DNA from: Pristiophorus japonicus
Taxonomy: Eukaryota
Length of the DNA stretch: 64,000 bases
Assembly (NCBI RefSeq): GCF_044704955.1
Contig: NC_091979.1
Location: forward strand, 276,148,001 to 276,212,000
Direction: 5' to 3'
In this document: positions 12,440 through 24,200 of the stretch, in pieces
Layout: each line of letters starts with the position of its first letter
How positions within the stretch are numbered: position 1 is the first letter of the stretch
Made by a program: the position numbers and the translations under genes
The notes under the pieces: generated by a model
What the model was told of the DNA's origin: nothing
Database searches by the model: none
Seen by the model: only the letters and a program-made list of their open reading frames with translations

Positions 12440-13830
12440 CATTTCAGGATCCTTTCTGGCAGTGAATTCCAGATCCTAACCACTTGCTGCATAAAAAAGT
12501 TTTTCTTCATGTTGCCTTTGGTTCTTCTGCCAATCACCTTAAATCTGTGTCCTCTGGTTCGCGACCCTTCTGCCAATGGGAACAGTTTCTCTCTATCTCC
12601 TCTGTCTCGACCCCTCATGATTTTGAACACCTCTATCAAATCTCCTCTCAACCTTCTCTGCTCTCAGGAGAACAACCCCAGTTTCTCAAGTCTATCCATG
12701 TAGCTGAAGTCCCTCATCCCTGGAACCATTCTTGTAAATCTTTTCTGCACACTCTCTAAGGCCTTCACATCCTTCCTAAGTGCAGTGCCCAGAATTGAAC
12801 ACAATATTCCAGTTGAGGCTGAACCAGTGTTTTATAAAGGTTCATCATAACTTCCTTGCTTTTGTACTCTATGCCTCTATTTATGAAGCCCAGGATCCCG
12901 TAAGCTTTTTTAACTGCTTTCTCAACCTGCTGCCTTCAACAATTTGTGCATGTATACCCCCAAGTCACCCTGTTCAGGCATCCCCTTTAGAATTGTAACC
13001 GTTAGTTTATATTGCTTCTCCTCGTTCTTCCTACCAAAATGTATCACTTCACACTTTTCTGTGTTAAATTTCATCTGCCACGTGTCCACCCATTCCACCA
13101 GTCTGTCTATGTCCTCTTGAGGTCTATCACTATCCTTCTCACTGTTCATTATACTTCCAAGTTTTGTGTCATCTGCAAATTTTGAAATTGTGCCCTGTAC
13201 ACCCAAGTCTAAGTCATTAATATATATCAAGAAAAGCAATGGTCCAAGTACCAACCCCTAGGAAACACCTTCCTCCAGTCCGAAAAACAACCATTCACCA
13301 CTACTCTGTTTCCTATCACCCTGCCAATTTTGTATCCATGCTGCCACTGTCCCTTTTATTCCATGGGCTTCAGCTTTGCTGGCAAGCCTATTATGTGGCA
13401 CTTTATCAAACGCCTTTTAGAAGTCTATGTACACCACACCTCTGTTACCTCATCAAAAATCTCAATCAAGTTAGTTAAACACGATTTACCTTTAACAAAT
13501 CCATGCTGGCTTTCCTTAATTAATCCATACTTATCCAAGTGACTGTTAATTTCGTCCCTGATTATTGTTTCTAAAAGCTTCCCCACTACTAAGGTTAAAC
13601 TGACTGGCCTGTAGTTGCTGGATTTATCCTTACACCCTTTTTTGAACAAGGTGAAACATTTGCAATTTTCCAGTCCTCTGGCACCAGCCCCATATCCAAG
13701 GAGGATTGGAAGATTATAGCAAGTACCTCTGCAATTTCCACCTTTACTTCTCTCAGCATCCTAGGATGCATCCCATCTGGTCCTGGTGACTTATCTATGC
13801 ATCCCATCCAGTCCTGGTGACTTACTAAGT
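12440..13830 (-). mobile_element. CR1 RT fragment
   Basis: KSPGPDGMHPR, NYRPVSLT, LGPLLFLIYINDL and KFADDTKL peptides. Confidence 0.9.
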
Positions 13831-13899
13831 GAAAGGTAATGTCTCACAAATACATTAAAGAAATGAGAAATTATTGGTGCCATTTAATAACTCACTTAC

Positions 13900-13996
13900 C
13901 TTCTCTGACAGCCTTCTCACCCAAACATAACTTGACAGCATCAACTGCTCTGGGACTGGTAAATATCAGACCACCATAAGCTTCAGGATGTGAAAG
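13900..13996 (-). CDS. UROS: UROS coding exon 3 ([32 protein letters not shown])
   Basis: [12 protein letters not shown] motif; tag acceptor and GTAAGT donor; 97 nt. Confidence 0.96.
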
Positions 13997-14932
13997 CTAA
14001 ATGAATATTAGGATGAAATGGTATTATTATAGAATTAATTGCTTACAATAAACATTTTGGATGACAGTGATTGCCTATTCAGCTGTTAAATTTGCAATCA
14101 CGAATCAATCTCTGCCTCACAGCACATTCGACAAAACCAGTTATTTTCACTGTAATAATATTTTCCTGGGTTGCATGTTGTAAATATTTCTATTGCAAAA
14201 ATAAAGAGGTCTATAATACATGTATATGTACATAATATGGAAAATACAACTCAATGACTATTACAACATGATGGTATAAAAATTCTACTGTGAATTTTAC
14301 TGTTATTTGATTATTCAAACTATTCAGACGACCATTGTTATAAAAATCTCAAATTTTATCATTCTTCATCAGCAGTATTTTCAGCACTGAATCTCACTTG
14401 TATCTTATAATTTATAAAGTTAATATCTCTCTTTGGATACTGATGTACAATGATTCTGTACAACAGAGTTGTCCAAAAGAAATTGCTGACTAGCCACAGG
14501 TGTGGCTACGGCGACACCATTTTAGCCACATCCACTAACTTTAGTAGAAAAACTCCTTACATACACTCACACAATACAGGTATATGTACTTCATGTGTAT
14601 ATTTACTTAATAAATGTCATCATTCAGTAACCACTCAAATAAAGCACTGTCAACGATCAAAGAACGCTCTGCTTTTCATCTTAATATTTTACCAACAGAT
14701 GCACAAAAAGGTTAAAGTACCTAAGCATGCATCGTGCAAATGAGTATTGGTCTCATATGCCTGAAGACTATTACTCATTTTTTATCTTCTAATCAGAAAA
14801 CAAATTAGCCCCATCTGGATTCCCAATTAGCTACATATGACTAGCGGCTAAATTATTGTACAACACTGCTGTAAAATGCACAGCATTGAACATTATCAAA
14901 ATGAATGAAAACAAATATTAATGAAATTAGTA

Positions 14933-16705
14933 CAGGTTGAGCGTCCAAAATCCGGAAACCTTGGGACTGAGGCCGTTCCAGATTCCGAGTATGTCCGGAT
15001 TTTGCAACATCTTTGCCTGGGCCGAGGTAGGTGAGTTCGGGCAGCCGAGGTAAGGGGGCAAGGTCAGCCCGCCGAGGTAAGGGGGTGAGGGGGGAAGAGG
15101 GGGCGATGGGCGTCCTAGGCGAAGTCAGGCCGCCGAGGGCCGGAGCGAGGTCGGGCCGCTGTGGTCCGGGGTGAGGTCGGGCCGCCGAGGGCCGGGACGT
15201 GGTCGGGCCGCTGTGGTCCGGGGTGAGGTCGGGCCGCCGAGGGCCGGGACGTGGTCGGGCCGCTGTGGTCCGGGGTGAGGTCGGGCCGCCGAGGGCCGGG
15301 ACGTGGTCGGGCCGCTGTGGTCCAGGGTGAGGTCGGGCCGCCGAGGGCCGGGACGTGGTCGGGCCGCCGAGGTCGGGCCGCCGAGGGCCGGGGCAAGGTC
15401 GGGCCACAGCGAGGTTGGGCCGCCGAGGGCCGGGACGTGGTCGGGCCGCTGTGGTCCGGGGTGAGGTCAGGTCCGCCAAGGGCCGGGGCAAGGTCGGGCC
15501 GCCGAGGGCCGGGGCAAGGTCGGGCCGCTGTGGTCCGGGGTGAGGTCAGGCCGCCAAGGGCCGGGGCAAGGTCGGGCCGCCGAGGGCCGGGACGTGGTCG
15601 GGCTGCTGTGGTCCGGGGTGAGGTCGGGCCGCCGAGGGCCGGGACGTGGTCGGGCCGCTGTGGTCCGGGGTGAGGTCGGGCCGCCGAGGGCCGGGGCGAG
15701 GTCGGGCCGCAGCGAGGTTGGGCCGCCGAGGGCCGGGACGTGGTCGGGCCGCTGTGGTCCGGGGTAAGGTCAGGTCCGCCAAGGGCCGGGGCAAGGTCGG
15801 GCCGCCGAGGGCCGGGGCAAGGTCGGGCCGCTGTGGTCCGGGGTGAGGTCAGGCCGCCAAGGGCCGGGGCAAGGTCGGGCCGCCGAGGGCCGGGACGTGG
15901 TCGGGCCGCTGTGGTCCGGGGCGAGGTCGGGCCGCCGAGGGCCGGGGCAAGGTCGGGCCGGGCCGCTGTGGTCCGGGGTGAGGTCGGGCCGCCGAGGGCC
16001 GGGGCAAGGTCGGGCCGCCGAGGGCCGGGACGTGGTCGGGCCGCTGTGGTCCGGGGTGAGGTCGGGCCGCCGAGGGCCGGGACGTGGTCGGGCCGCTGTG
16101 GTCCGGGGTGAGGTCGGGCCGCCGAGGGCCGGGACGTGGTCAGTCCGCCGAGAGCCGGGGTGAGGTCGGGCCGCAGCGAGGTCGGGCCGCCGAGGGCCGG
16201 GACGTGGTCGGGCCGCTGTGGTCCGGGGTGAGGTCGGGCCGCCGAGGGCCGGGGCAAGGTCGGGCCACCGAGGGCCGGGACGTGGTCGGGCCGCCGTGGT
16301 CCGGGGTGAGGTCGGGCCGCCGAGGGCCAGGGCGAGGTCAGGCCGCTGTGGTCCGGGGCGAGGTCGGGCTGCCGAGGGCCGGGGCGAGGTCGGGCCGCCG
16401 AGGGCCGAGGTGAGGTCGGGCCGCCGAGGGCCGGGGCGAGGTCGGGCCGCCGAGGACCGCAGCGAGGTCGGGATACCGAGGGCCGGGACGAGGTCGGGCC
16501 GCCGAGGGCCGCAGCGAGGACGGGTCACCGAGGGCCGGGGCGAGGTCGGACCGCCGAGGGCTGGAGCGGTCGGGACGCTGAGGCGGGGGAATCCAGATTT
16601 TGGAACATTTTCCGGTTTCCGAATGACCCTGCCATGGATCGGCCCGGTGTCCGGATTCCGGAACATTCCGAATTTTGAAACTCCGGATTTCGGATGCTCA
16701 ACCTG
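14933..16705. mobile_element. pogo/Tigger-type (Tigger4/Zombi-like TIR) non-autonomous element with internal minisatellite
   Basis: TIRs CAGGTTGAGCGTCCAAAATCCGGA and TCCGGATTTCGGATGCTCAACCTG; TA TSD at 14931-14932 and 16706-16707. Confidence 0.88.
15118..16565. repeat. Very GC-rich minisatellite of ~26-bp alternating units
   Basis: Units gccgccgagggccgggacgtggtcgg and gccgctgtggtccggggtgaggtcgg. Confidence 0.95.
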
Positions 16706-17854
16706 TAGTATATCTCATGAACATTTTTTTTCACTTTGCTACATTTTTAAATGCTATAATCCTCAAAGGTATTAAGTTCGTTTGCACAATACAATGCAAT
16801 GAAATGAACAGATTATTTGTATGTTGCAGAATGCAAATTTTACTCAATGTTCAAAGGAATCAAGTACAATTCTGTTCATACTCAACTGTTTAGACTACGA
16901 AGTATAAGTGTTCATATTTATTGCACTTTGCCTCACAGGATAATTGGGCATAGGGCTTTGTAGATTTAAAATAAAAATAAAATCATTGGTGTAGAGTAAC
17001 AGTTATATTCTATAACAGCTGTTACAAAAATATTAATCTATATTATATTAGCAACCCCAACCTACCTACTGTTTAATCACCGTGTAAAATTATTATTGTG
17101 AAAATTAAATATTCGTAAGGTAAAAGTTGAAATCTGAATCATGTCCCTGTGTATATGTAAATTTTTAAAAACTATATTTCAATTGTTATTTTCATTCTCA
17201 AAATGTGGTACAGTAATAGTCAGCGTCCACCTTATTGATATATTATATGAATAAACATTCAATTGTTCTCCAAAACAGTAAGCTCTAAAGAACCACAAGT
17301 CAACAACGGTTCATCAGTTATGGGTCAATTCACTTCAGGAATACTGCACATGTAATGCATTCAAATATAGTACAATAGATATCATAACATTTTACAATTA
17401 CTTCACAGTTAACTCCTGCTTCTATTTGGTTTCATATTTATAACATTTATTATTCAAAAATAAAAATGTATGCAACTTTATCCTTTTGGAAAAAGTGATG
17501 CAAAGATATAGATTTAATAAACTGCAATTATAAATTTGAGTTTCTTACTGTTTTCTCTAAATAAGTTGTTTATTTAATCATCTTGATTTGCCTGTTTTTC
17601 TGCTCTTTTGCATAATGCATCTACTTGCATAAACATCGATTTGCACTGTCAATTAAAATATGATTCTTTCTTTACAAATTTACAAACCCAATACAACATT
17701 CTGCAAGCCATCAGTGACACACTGCATCAACTTCTGTATTTGCTGTGCTATAATTTGTATGTCTTACTGGACAGACACTATATCATCTCAGTATCTGACA
17801 ACTAATACATAGCTAATCATTTTTAAACATTCAGTTTTTCATTGCCCTCTTTAC

Positions 17855-17938
17855 CTTCCTTGATAAGTCTTGAAGTGATACAAATTCAAATGATAAAACA
17901 GGAATTAAAGCTGCTTGAAGGCCAAGTGAAGCAAATTC
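17855..17938 (-). CDS. UROS: UROS coding exon 2 (EFASLGLQAALIPVLSFEFVSLQDLSRK)
   Basis: LIPVLSFEF motif; AG/GT boundaries; 84 nt, phase 0. Confidence 0.95.
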
Positions 17939-18283
17939 CTGATAACAAAAACAGTCCAAATTAGATTACATCACAGAAATTCTAATTTTTTTCATATGAA
18001 ATTGCATAATATAGATTCGACCTGTAGCTTATTCAAGTAAAATCTTCCACCAGAATTGCCCACTCCAATATCACACTAAATACATAGTGACTAATCGAGA
18101 TATTTTACTGTAAGATAATCAGCAAAAAGCTGATCTTCTAAAATAAAATTTGTGTTACATTGAATGAACAATCCTTCTATAATAACAGTTTCAGGGTTTC
18201 GGTTACTTGGCATTATACACAAACACAACTGGGATATAGTGATATAAAATAATAGCAAAACTAATACTTTTCAGGCCACTCAC

Positions 18284-18346
18284 CTGAACATATGGATCAA
18301 GTCCCAATTCTTCTTGTTTGGGATCTTTAAGCAAAAGGACTTTCAT
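18284..18346 (-). CDS. UROS: Uroporphyrinogen-III synthase, first coding exon ([21 protein letters not shown])
   Basis: Manual translation matches the recalled human UROS N-terminus [20 protein letters not shown]; donor GTGAGT; acceptor tacag upstream with the exon edge at 18360. Confidence 0.95.
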
Positions 18347-18859
18347 TTCTCACACTTCATCTGTACTGCTAATATCAACAGAATGGGATTACAAATAACT
18401 AAACTGCTTGGAGCGCAAACTGAAACTTACAAACCCATATGTCACTGTAAGAAGATAACAACATGTCAAATAGTCAGGCATCGATGTCTTCTTTTGTAGC
18501 AACACCCTCTCGTAAGGAATGGATAACAATATCTAAGGGTCTCACTCGAATTCAAAGCATCAAGATTTTCACTGCAGTCAGTAAACCACCCATTTCAACA
18601 AATGTCTTCTAAGATAAGCCTTTATTGTTGAGACCAACAGTTCAGTTAGTGCCTGCCTCAGTCTATCTTTCTAGTAAATTTTGCTTCAGATACTGAGTGG
18701 GATGACTGTGTATCATTACTAAAAAAGCAAATGTTTGAAGAAATAATTGTACAATGCATGTGTGTGTATTAGAATCATATTATTACAATTAAGCATTTCA
18801 TACTTGGGTTAGATGAATGCTGCTTAAAAACATAACCAACCTTTAACAGTATCATTGCC

Positions 18860-19347
18860 AACATAAGAACATAAGAAATAAGAGCAGGCGTAGGCCACCT
18901 GGCCCCTCGAACCTGCTCCGCCATTTAATAAGATCATGGCTGATCTGATCATGGGCTCAGCTCCACTTCCCTTATCGCTCAAAAATCTGTCTATCTCTGC
19001 CTTAAATATATTCAATGACCCAGCCTCCACAGCTCTCTGGGGCAGAGAATTCCATAGATTTACAACCCTCTGAGAGAAGAAATTCCTCCTCATCTCAGTT
19101 TTAAATACGCGGCCCCTTATTCTGAGATTGTCCCCTAGTTTTAGTTTCCATTATGAGTGGGAATATCCTCTCTGCAGCCATCTTGTCGAGCCCCCTCATT
19201 ATCTTATATGTTTCGATAAGATCACCTCTCATTCTTCTGAACTCCAATGTGTATAGGCCCAACCTACTCAACCTATCTTCATATGTCAACCACCTCATCT
19301 CCGGAATCAACCTAGTGAACCTTCTCTGAACAGCCTCCAATGCAAGT
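18860..19347 (-). mobile_element. CR1 3' fragment, left member of a divergent pair
   Basis: acataagaacataagaa tail; ILALEAVQRRFTRLIP peptide. Confidence 0.9.
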
Positions 19348-20552
19348 ATGTGGCGTATTTGGACTTTCCCGAAGGCATTTGACAAGGTGACACATAAAAG
19401 GTTACTGCACAAAATAAAAGTTCACAGGGTTGGGGGTAATATATTAGCATGGATAGAGGATTGGCTAACTAACAGAAAACAGAGAGTCGGGATAAATGGT
19501 TCATTCTCTGGTTGGTAACCAGTAACTAGTGGAGTGCCACAGGGATCAGTGCTGGGACCCCAACTATTTACAATCTATATAAACGACTTGGAAGAAGGGA
19601 CTGAGTGTAACGTAGCCAAGTTTGCTGACGATACAAAGATGGAAGGAAAAGCAATGTGTGAGGACACAAAAAATCTGCGAAAGGACATAGACAGGCTCAG
19701 TGAGTGCTCTAAAATTTAGCAGATAGAGTATAATGTTGGAAAGTGTGAGGTCATGCACTTTGGCAGAAAAAATCAAGAGCAAGTTATTATTTGAATGGAA
19801 AAAGATTGCAAAGTCTCATAGTACAGCGGGACCTGAGGGTACTTGTACATGAAACACAAAAGGATAGTATGCAGGTACAGCAAGTGATCAGGAAGGCCAA
19901 TGGTATCTTGGCCTTTATTGCAAAGGGGATGGAGTATAAAAGCAGGGAAGTCTTGCTACAGCTATACAACTTATTAGTGAGACCACACCTGGAATACTGC
20001 GTGCAGTTTTGGTTTCCATATTTACAAAAGGATATACTTGCTTTGGAGGTAGTTCAGAGAACATTCACTAGGTTGATTCCGGGGATGAGGGGGTTGACTT
20101 ATGAGGAAAGGTTGAGTAGGTTGGGCCTCTACTCATTGGAGTTCAGAAGAATGAGAGGTGATCTTATCGAAACATGTAAGATTATGAGGGGGCTTGAAAA
20201 GGTGGATGCAGAGAGGATGTTTCCAATGATGGGGGAGACTAGAACTAGAGGGCATGATCTTGGAATAAGGGGCCGCCCATTTGAAACAAAGATGAGGAGA
20301 AATTTATTTTCTCAGAGGATTGTAAATCTGTGGAATTTGCTGCCTCGGAGAGTTGTGGAAGCTGGGACATTGAATAAATTTAAGACAGAAATAAACAGTT
20401 TCTTGAGCAATAAGGGGATACGGGGTTATGGGGAGTGGGCGGGGAAGTGGAGCTGAGTCCATGATCAGATCAGCCATGATTTTATTGAATGGCGGAGCAG
20501 GCACGAGGAGCTGTATGGCCTACTCCTGTTCCTATTTCTTATGTTCTTATGT
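19348..20552 (+). mobile_element. CR1 3' fragment, right member of a divergent pair
   Basis: [15 protein letters not shown] and RPHLEYCVQFW peptides; cttatgttcttatgt tail. Confidence 0.92.
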
Positions 20553-21204
20553 ATGTGTTGAAGGATAATATTGAACCATTCCAGTTCACTGTCTAAACTG
20601 TCTGAGTGATTCAGATCCTGAATGAAAGACAAAATCACTATCTCAATGTTTCCATCTGTGATTCACTCTGTGCATATGAATATCCATGTTTCTGCTGCTC
20701 ATTCACAGTATTTAAGTCGCTGTGCTACTCATGTCACTCCTCAGTGTTTCTATAATGTTGTCTGTTTCATATAAAATGTGTATATGTAACCGCAGCAGAT
20801 TATTTCTTACCCTGTTTACGTCAATCACACTATTTCTTTGTCCCTGTGTAATTCTGCATGTTCCTGTCATTTAGTATGCAACAGTCACTCAGTATGTGTC
20901 TCTTTACATATGTGTCATTCATAGATTGTGGCTCTGCATGTAGCTGACAGTTGTACTGTTTCTGTATCCTTGTGCCACTCTTGTGTATTGGCCACTCACT
21001 CGGTATGTACCTCTTAGTCACTCGGTATTATTCTGCATGTATCTGTTGTTGTGTCATTCAGTGTGCATTTCACTCACACTTTGTTCCTACATCATTCTGT
21101 ATGTACCCATCACCTTTTGTCATTACATATACTGTATATGTCATTCACAATGCTCTTGTTACTCTATGTGTCCGCCTCTCATTGCTTCTGTGTTACTGTA
21201 TGTT

Positions 21205-24200
21205 TGTCATTCACTGACCCCGTCACTCACTGTGTTCCTCACTCATTGACCCCGTCACTCACTGTGTGTGTGTTTCTCACTCACTGACCCTGTCACTCAC
21301 TGTGTGTGTGTTTCTCACTCACTGACCCTGTCACTCACTGTGTGTGTGTTTCTCACTCACTGACCCTGTTACTCACTGTGTTTCCCACTCACTGACCCCG
21401 CCATTCACTGTTTCTCACTCACTGACCCTGTCACTCACTGTGTGTGTGTTTCTCACTCACTGACCCTGTCACTCACTGTGTTTCCCACTCACTGACCCCG
21501 CCATTCACTGTTTCTCACTCACTGACCCTGTCACTCGCTGTGTATGTTTCTCACTCACTGACCCTGTCACTGTGTGTATGTTTCTCACTCACTGACCCCA
21601 TCATTCACTGTATGTTTCTCACTCACTGACCCCGTCACTCAATGTGTATGTTTCTCACTCACTGACCCCATCACTCACTGTATGTTTCTCACTCACTGAC
21701 CCCGTCACTGACTGTGTTTCTCACTCACTGACCCCGTCACTCACTGTGTGTTTCTCACTCACTGACCCCGTCACTCACTGTGTGTTTCTCACTCACTGAC
21801 CCCGTCACTCAGTGTGTTTCTCACTTACTGACCCCATCACTCAGTCTGTTTCTCACTCACTGACCCCGTCACTCACTGTGTGTTTCTCACTCACTGACCC
21901 CGTCACTCACTGTGTGTGCCTTTCTCACTCACTGACATAGAAACATAGAAAATAAGTGCAGGAGTAGACCATTCGGCCCTTCGAGCCTGCACTACCATTC
22001 AATAAGATCATGGCTTATCATTCACCTCAGTACCCCTTCCTGCTTTCTCTCCATACCCCTTGATCCCTTTAGCCATAAGGGCCATACCTAACTCCCTCTT
22101 GAATATATCCAATGAACTGGCATCAACAACTCTCTGCAGTGGGGAATTCCACAGATTAACAACTCTCTGAATGAAGAAGTTTCTCCTCATCTCAGTCCTA
22201 AATGGCTTACCCCTTATCCTTAGACTGTGTCCCCTGGTTCTGGACTTCCCCAACATCGGGAACATTCTTCCTGCATCTAACCTGTCGAGTCCCGTCAGAA
22301 TTTTCTATGTGTCTATGAGATCCCCTCGCATCCTTCTAAACTCCAGTGAATACAGGCCCAGTCGATCCAGTCTCTCCTCATATGTCAGTCCTGCCATCCC
22401 GGGAATCAGTCTGGTGAACCTTCCCAGCCCTCCTGCAATAGTAAGAACATCCTTCCTCAGATTAGGAGACCAGAACGGAACACAGTATTCCAGGTGAGGC
22501 CTCACTAAGGCCCTGTACAACTGCAGTAAGACCTCCCTGCTCCAATACTCAAATCCCCTAGCTATGAAGGCCAACATACCATTTGCCTTCTTCACCGCCT
22601 GCTGTACCTGCATGCCAACTTTCAATGATTGATGTACCATGACACCCAGGTCTCGTTGCACCTCCCTTTTTCCTAATCTGCCACCATTCAGATAATATTC
22701 TGCCTTCGTGTTTTTGCCCCAAAGTGGATAACCTTACATTTATCCACATTGTACTGTATCTGCCATGCATTTGCCCACTCACTTAAACTGTCCAAGTCAC
22801 CCTGCAGCCTCTTAGCATCCTCCTCACAGCTCACACCGCCACCCAGTTTAGTGTCATCTGCAAACTTGGAGATATTACACTCAATTCCTTCATCCAAATC
22901 ATTAATGTATATTGTAAATAGCTGGGGTCCCAGCACTGAGCCCTGTGGCACCCCACTAGTCACTGCCTGCCATTCTGAAAAGGACCCGTTTATCCCGACT
23001 CTGCTTCCTGTCTGCCAACCAGTTCTCTATCCACGTCAGAACATTACCCACAATACCATGTGCTTTAATTTTGCACACCAATCTCTTGTGTGGGACCTTG
23101 TCAAAAGCCTTTTGAAAGTCCAAATACATCACATCCACTGGTTCTCCCTTGTCCACTCTACTAATTACATCCTCAAAAAATTCCAGAAGATTTGTCAAGC
23201 ATGATTTCCCTTTCATAAACCCATGCTGACTTGGACTGATCCTGTCACTGCTTTCCAAATGCGTTGTTATTTCATCTTTAATAATTGATTCCAACATTTT
23301 CCCCACTACTGATGTCAGGCTAACCGGTCTATAATTACCCGTTTTCTCTCTCCCTTCTTTTTTAAAAAGTGGTGTTACATTAGCTACCCTTCAGTCCATA
23401 GGAACTGATCCAGAGTCGACTGTTGGAAAATGATCACCAATGCATCCACTATTTCTAGGGCCACATCCTTAAGTACTCTGGGATGCAGAGTATCAGGCCC
23501 CGGGGATTTATCGGCCTTCAATTACATCAATTTCCTTCACACAATTTCCCGTCTAATAAGGATATCCTTCAGTTCCTCCTTCTCATTAGACCCTCGGTCC
23601 CCTAGTACTTCTGGAAGGTTATTTGTGTCTTCCTTTGTGAAGACAGAACCAAAGTATTTGTTCAACTGGTCTGCCATTTCTTTGTTCCCCATTATAAATT
23701 CACCTGAATCTGACTGCAAGGGACCTACGTTTGTCTTCACTAATCTTTTTCTCTTCACATATCTATGGAAGCTTTTGCAGTCAGTTTTTATGTTCCCGGC
23801 AAACTTCCTCTCATACTCTATTTCCCCCCTCCTAATTAAACCCTTTGTCCTCCTCTGTTGATTTCTAAATTTCTCCCAGTCCTCAGGCTTACTGCTTTTT
23901 CTGGCCAATTTATATGCCTCTTCCTTGGATTTAACACTATCCTTAATTTCCCTTGTTAGCCACGGTTGAGCCACCTTCCCCGTTTTATTTTTACTCCAGA
24001 CAGGGATGTACAATTGTTGAAGTTCATCCATGTGATCTTTAAATGTTTGCCAGTTCCTATTCACTGTCAACCCTTTAAGTATCATTTGCCAGTCTATTCT
24101 AGCGAATTCATATCTCATACCATCAAAGTTACCTTTCCTTAAGTTCAGGACCCTAGTCTCTGAATTAACTGTGTCACTCTCCATCTTAATAAAGAATTCT

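Noticed and set aside
14853-16775. Long Pro/Arg/Gly-rich ORFs up to 380 aa on both strands
   Set aside because: Stop-free translation of a GC-rich minisatellite in several frames; no domain or splice support.
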